NCBI GenBank assembly: GCA_964016885.1
Contig: OZ024750.1
Span: forward strand, 25,668,001-25,732,000
Length of the DNA: 64,000 nucleotides
From: Eledone cirrhosa
Lineage: Eukaryota
Direction of reading: 5' to 3'
The notes under the pieces were generated by a model, which was given only the letters and a program-made list of their open reading frames with translations, did no database searches and was not told the origin of the DNA. The translations under genes and the position numbers were made by a program. Shown in pieces: positions 57,105 through 64,000 of this stretch. The stretch's first letter is position 1. The number at the start of each line of letters is the position of its first letter.

Positions 57105-58452
57105 AGAGAAAAATAAATTTAAATCGATATACAATAATATCGATTGCTGCACCATAACCACTCAATGAATAGTTGGTGGGAAAATACGAAAAATCAGAGC
57201 GCAATTATAGACGATAATTTTATCGATACACCATTTTTCAATATCTTGGAAATATACAACACAGAACTAGGTAGGACAGTAAATATATTATTTATATTAC
57301 ATTAGTAATATACTGCTTTTAAAAGCCTATACAGCGCCGTTTTGTGTCTTGAGAAACAGTATCATCTATCATTATTAAATGGATAATGAATAAAGTATAG
57401 AAGTCAACCCACATTAGTAGGTCATCTTATTAATTAGACAATATATCAACTGTCCAAAATTAAGTCTGGATCGAGACCCAAACTCACGTAAGTTCTTATG
57501 GCGGCTACAGCAATAATTGTAACAGTCAGTTGACAGTAGTAGGCAGGGAAGAATGCTAAAAATAGCTCACTCGTAAGTTCATGAAGCAACTCAACTGATA
57601 TATTGAAAAATCGGGAGTAGTAACGTGCAAATAAATTTAGATTGACATACAGTGATATTGACTCGCTGTACCATAACCACTCAAGGAAACCTTGGTAAAA
57701 AGATCAAAATCAGAGCGCACTTATAGAAACGGCCTAAACAAAAACTGCCAACAATATTCACAAAAGACGAATTTATTCGTTATATAAGATAATAATAAAA
57801 GTAGTAAACATAATACATAGATAACCTATTGTGTACATAAGACATAAAGAAACTAATTTCAACGGAAAAAGAAATCCGCTAGAAAAGCAAGGCAGAGTGA
57901 GATTATAAAACTTCACTTCAGGTCAATTAAGTCTTTTATACAAGAGCATATATAGAATGGTAATATAAATATATAAATGGCACTATAAAATATATAGACT
58001 TACTGCTTTCTTATACGAGTATGTATGTTTGTGTTTGTGTATAGAATCATATATATAGACACACACATATATGTATACACACAATATATATATAATATAT
58101 ACTGTATATATATTATTTCGGGTCATTAGTTTGCATCGTCTGGAAATGATACAAATGTAATTTAATGATAAATTAACAAGATGTAGATTAGAGAGTCGGT
58201 GAGAGAGAGAGAGAAAGAGAGAGAGACAGAGGGAGAGAGAGAGAGAGAGAGAAGGAGGGAGAGAGAAGGAGAGAAAGTGAGAGAGAAAAACATTTGTACT
58301 TTAAAGATAAGTTTTAACTTCAACACTTTGTAAGATAAACTGAAATACTATAATGAAACCATTAAATAATTTGTACTAAGAGCTAACTTAAGTGCAGACA
58401 CACACACACACACACAATATATATATACACATATATATATATATATATATAC

Positions 58453-61400
58453 TAGAAATTGGAATAAATGCTCTGAAATAGCGATATATATGTGAATATA
58501 GACATAGAATATTCGAAAATATTCTGTATGTTTATAATAAACATTTTGAAGACCTAATCGCTATAGAATAGAATACGTCACGTATTACAATTAGATTCTC
58601 GATAAAAGCAAGGGAAGTAAATCTACGCGTTTCATTCTTATTAGAAATCGTCAGGACTACATATCCAGTGCTTTTATCGAGAATGACGCAGCTAGAGACT
58701 TATAGAATACTTAGCTGTGTACAGGAACTGGTTTGAAAGAGCGGTTGCCGGTCCGGCAGAAATTAGAAATTGGAATAAATGCTCTGAAATAGCGATATAT
58801 ATGTGAATATAGACATAGAATATTCGAAAATATTCTGTATGTTTATAATAAACATTTTGAAGACCTAATCGCTATAGAATAGAATACGTCACGTATTACA
58901 ATTAGATTCTCGATAAAAGCAAGGGAAGTAAATCTACGCGTTTCATTCTTATTAGAAATCGTCAGGACTACATATCCAGTGCTTTTATCGAGAATGACGC
59001 AGCTAGAGACTTATAGAATACTTAGCTGTGTACAGGAACTGGTTTGAAAGAGCGGTTGCCGGTCCGGCAGAAATTAGAAATTGGAATAAATGCTCTGAAA
59101 TAGCGATATATATGTGAATATAGACATAGAATATTCGAAAATATTCTGTATGTTTATAATAAACATTTTGAAGACCTAATCGCTATAGAATAGAATACGT
59201 CACGTATTACAATTAGATTCTCGATAAAAGCAAGGGAAGTAAATCTACGCGTTTCATTCTTATTAGAAATCGTCAGGACTACATATCCAGTGCTTTTATC
59301 GAGAATGACGCAGCTAGAGACTTATAGAATACTTAGCTGTGTACAGGAACTGGTTTGAAAGAGCGGTTGCCGGTCCGGCAGAAATTAGAAATTGGAATAA
59401 ATGCTCTGAAATAGCGATATATATGTGAATATAGACATAGAATATTCGAAAATATTCTGTATGTTTATAATAAACATTTTGAAGACCTAATCGCTATAGA
59501 ATAGAATACGTCACGTATTACAATTAGATTCTCGATAAAAGCAAGGGAAGTAAATCTACGCGTTTCATTCTTATTAGAAATCGTCAGGACTACATATCCA
59601 GTGCTTTTATCGAGAATGACGCAGCTAGAGACTTATAGAATACTTAGCTGTGTACAGGAACTGGTTTGAAAGAGCGGTTGCCGGTCCGGCAGAAATTAGA
59701 AATTGGAATAAATGCTCTGAAATAGCGATATATATGTGAATATAGACATAGAATATTCGAAAATATTCTGTATGTTTATAATAAACATTTTGAAGACCTA
59801 ATCGCTATAGAATAGAATACGTCACGTATTACAATTAGATTCTCGATAAAAGCAAGGGAAGTAAATCTACGCGTTTCATTCTTATTAGAAATCGTCAGGA
59901 CTACATATCCAGTGCTTTTATCGAGAATGACGCAGCTAGAGACTTATAGAATACTTAGCTGTGTACAGGAACTGGTTTGAAAGAGCGGTTGCCGGTCCGG
60001 CAGAAATTAGAAATTGGAATAAATGCTCTGAAATAGCGATATATATGTGAATATAGACATAGAATATTCGAGAATATTCTGTATGTTTATAATAAACATT
60101 TTGAAGACCTAATCGCTATAGAATAGAATACGTCACGTATTACAATTAGATTCTCGATAAAAGCAAGGGAAGTAAATCTACGCGTTTCATTCTTATTAGA
60201 AATCGTCAGGACTACATATCCAGTGCTTTTATCGAGAATGACGCAGCTAGAGACTTATAGAATACTTAGCTGTGTACAGGAACTGGTTTGAAAGAGCGGT
60301 TGCCGGTCCGGCAGAAATTAGAAATTGGAATAAATGCTCTGAAATAGCGATATATATGTGAATATAGACATAGAATATTCGAAAATATTCTGTATGTTTA
60401 TAATAAACATTTTGAAGACCTAATCGCTATAGAATAGAATACGTCACGTATTACAATTAGATTCTCGATAAAAGCAAGGGAAGTAAATCTACGCGTTTCA
60501 TTCTTATTAGAAATCGTCAGGACTACATATCCAGTGCTTTTATCGAGAATGACGCAGCTAGAGACTTATAGAATACTTAGCTGTGTACAGGAACTGGTTT
60601 GAAAGAGCGGTTGCCGGTCCGGCAGAAATTAGAAATTGGAATAAATGCTCTGAAATAGCGATATATATGTGAATATAGACATAGAATATTCGAAAATATT
60701 CTGTATGTTTATAATAAACATTTTGAAGACCTAATCGCTATAGAATAGAATACGTCACGTATTACAATTAGATTCTCGATAAAAGCAAGGGAAGTAAATC
60801 TACGCGTTTCATTCTTATTAGAAATCGTCAGGACTACATATCCAGTGCTTTTATCGAGAATGACGCAGCTAGAGACTTATAGAATACTTAGCTGTGTACA
60901 GGAACTGGTTTGAAAGAGCGGTTGCCGGTCCGGCAGAAATTAGAAATTGGAATAAATGCTCTGAAATAGCGATATATATGTGAATATAGACATAGAATAT
61001 TCGAAAATATTCTGTATGTTTATAATAAACATTTTGAAGACCTAATCGCTATAGAATAGAATACGTCACGTATTACAATTAGATTCTCGATAAAAGCAAG
61101 GGAAGTAAATCTACGCGTTTCATTCTTATTAGAAATCGTCAGGACTACATATCCAGTGCTTTTATCGAGAATGACGCAGCTAGAGACTTATAGAATACTT
61201 AGCTGTGTACAGGAACTGGTTTGAAAGAGCGGTTGCCGGTCCGGCAGAAATTAGAAATTGGAATAAATGCTCTGAAATAGCGATATATATGTGAATATAG
61301 ACATAGAATATTCGAAAATATTCTGTATGTTTATAATAAACATTTTGAAGACCTAATCGCTATAGAATAGAATACGTCACGTATTACAATTAGATTCTCG

Positions 61401-64000
61401 ATAAAAGCAAGGGAAGTAAATCTACGCGTTTCATTCTTATTAGAAATCGTCAGGACTACATATCCAGTGCTTTTATCGAGAATGACGCAGCTAGAGACTT
61501 ATAGAATACTTAGCTGTGTACAGGAACTGGTTTGAAAGAGCGGTTGCCGGTCCGGCAGAAATTAGAAATTGGAATAAATGCTCTGAAATAGCGATATATA
61601 TGTGAATATAGACATAGAATATTCGAAAATATTCTGTATGTTTATAATAAACATTTTGAAGACCTAATCGCTATAGAATAGAATACGTCACGTATTACAA
61701 TTAGATTCTCGATAAAAGCAAGGGAAGTAAATCTACGCGTTTCATTCTTATTAGAAATCGTCAGGACTACATATCCAGTGCTTTTATCGAGAATGACGCA
61801 GCTAGAGACTTATAGAATACTTAGCTGTGTACAGGAACTGGTTTGAAAGAGCGGTTGCCGGTCCGGCAGAAATTAGAAATTGGAATAAATGCTCTGAAAT
61901 AGCGATATATATGTGAATATAGACATAGAATATTCGAAAATATTCTGTATGTTTATAATAAACATTTTGAAGACCTAATCGCTATAGAATAGAATACGTC
62001 ACGTATTACAATTAGATTCTCGATAAAAGCAAGGGAAGTAAATCTACGCGTTTCATTCTTATTAGAAATCGTCAGGACTACATATCCAGTGCTTTTATCG
62101 AGAATGACGCAGCTAGAGACTTATAGAATACTTAGCTGTGTACAGGAACTGGTTTGAAAGAGCGGTTGCCGGTCCGGCAGAAATTAGAAATTGGAATAAA
62201 TGCTCTGAAATAGCGATATATATGTGAATATAGACATAGAATATTCGAAAATATTCTGTATGTTTATAATAAACATTTTGAAGACCTAATCGCTATAGAA
62301 TAGAATACGTCACGTATTACAATTAGATTCTCGATAAAAGCAAGGGAAGTAAATCTACGCGTTTCATTCTTATTAGAAATCGTCAGGACTACATATCCAG
62401 TGCTTTTATCGAGAATGACGCAGCTAGAGACTTATAGAATACTTAGCTGTGTACAGGAACTGGTTTGAAAGAGCGGTTGCCGGTCCGGCAGAAATTAGAA
62501 ATTGGAATAAATGCTCTGAAATAGCGATATATATGTGAATATAGACATAGAATATTCGAAAATATTCTGTATGTTTATAATAAACATTTTGAAGACCTAA
62601 TCGCTATAGAATAGAATACGTCACGTATTACAATTAGATTCTCGATAAAAGCAAGGGAAGTAAATCTACGCGTTTCATTCTTATTAGAAATCGTCAGGAC
62701 TACATATCCAGTGCTTTTATCGAGAATGACGCAGCTAGAGACTTATAGAATACTTAGCTGTGTACAGGAACTGGTTTGAAAGAGCGGTTGCCGGTCCGGC
62801 AGAAATTAGAAATTGGAATAAATGCTCTGAAATAGCGATATATATGTGAATATAGACATAGAATATTCGAAAATATTCTGTATGTTTATAATAAACATTT
62901 TGAAGACCTAATCGCTATAGAATAGAATACGTCACGTATTACAATTAGATTCTCGATAAAAGCAAGGGAAGTAAATCTACGCGTTTCATTCTTATTAGAA
63001 ATCGTCAGGACTACATATCCAGTGCTTTTATCGAGAATGACGCAGCTAGAGACTTATAGAATACTTAGCTGTGTACAGGAACTGGTTTGAAAGAGCGGTT
63101 GCCGGTCCGGCAGAAATTAGAAATTGGAATAAATGCTCTGAAATAGCGATATATATGTGAATATAGACATAGAATATTCGAAAATATTCTGTATGTTTAT
63201 AATAAACATTTTGAAGACCTAATCGCTATAGAATAGAATACGTCACGTATTACAATTAGATTCTCGATAAAAGCAAGGGAAGTAAATCTACGCGTTTCAT
63301 TCTTATTAGAAATCGTCAGGACTACATATCCAGTGCTTTTATCGAGAATGACGCAGCTAGAGACTTATAGAATACTTAGCTGTGTACAGGAACTGGTTTG
63401 AAAGAGCGGTTGCCGGTCCGGCAGAAATTAGAAATTGGAATAAATGCTCTGAAATAGCGATATATATGTGAATATAGACATAGAATATTCGAAAATATTC
63501 TGTATGTTTATAATAAACATTTTGAAGACCTAATCGCTATAGAATAGAATACGTCACGTATTACAATTAGATTCTCGATAAAAGCAAGGGAAGTAAATCT
63601 ACGCGTTTCATTCTTATTAGAAATCGTCAGGACTACATATCCAGTGCTTTTATCGAGAATGACGCAGCTAGAGACTTATAGAATACTTAGCTGTGTACAG
63701 GAACTGGTTTGAAAGAGCGGTTGCCGGTCCGGCAGAAATTAGAAATTGGAATAAATGCTCTGAAATAGCGATATATATGTGAATATAGACATAGAATATT
63801 CGAAAATATTCTGTATGTTTATAATAAACATTTTGAAGACCTAATCGCTATAGAATAGAATACGTCACGTATTACAATTAGATTCTCGATAAAAGCAAGG
63901 GAAGTAAATCTACGCGTTTCATTCTTATTAGAAATCGTCAGGACTACATATCCAGTGCTTTTATCGAGAATGACGCAGCTAGAGACTTATAGAATACTTA
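58453..64000 (-). repeat. 311-bp tandem satellite, about 17.8 near-identical units, each with a hammerhead ribozyme (retrozyme-like)
   Basis: ggaataaatg recurs at 58461, 58772, 59083 and onward (period 311). The only variant noticed is A>G at 60072. The array is truncated by the window end. Confidence 0.97.
58595..58684 (-). ncRNA. Type I hammerhead ribozyme (first unit; repeats every 311 bp)
   Basis: Minus strand reads GUAGUC-CUGACGA-U UUCU AAUA AGAA U-GAAA-CGCG-UA|GAUUUAC. Stem I is extended by a perfect 16-bp helix (58595-58610 / 58669-58684). Predicted cleavage between 58624 and 58623. Confidence 0.85.

Noticed and set aside
58453-64000. Array as 5S rRNA, tRNA, snRNA or spliced-leader cluster, or as carrying ribozymes on both strands
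   Set aside because: No recognisable structural-RNA sequence or Pol III boxes; no CUGANGA core found on the plus strand

Overview
AT-rich, microsatellite-dense metazoan genomic DNA. The SINE families and (TA)n/(CA)n load look like a coleoid cephalopod (octopus), which is inference. The window holds the last five coding exons of a sodium/glucose cotransporter (SLC5A/SGLT-type) gene on + (463-8378) and one intronless 518-aa ORF of unknown function on - (16746-18302). The remainder is largely repeats: two tRNA-derived SINE families, TTAA piggyBac-type, hAT and Tc1/mariner MITEs, RTE- and Tx1-type LINE fragments, minisatellites, and many short fold-back elements inside (TA)n tracts that resemble Penelope-like element (PLE) ends. 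The main finding is the 311-bp, almost perfectly homogeneous tandem array at 58453-64000 (about 17.8 units, running off the window). On the minus strand every unit carries a type I hammerhead ribozyme (CUGACGA...GAAA-CGCG-UA) clamped by a perfect 16-bp helix, inside a highly self-complementary unit. This is a retrozyme-like, circular-RNA-producing satellite architecture. Further dispersed hammerhead motifs occur at about 19757, 36511, 49353, 49804, 51192 and 54241.
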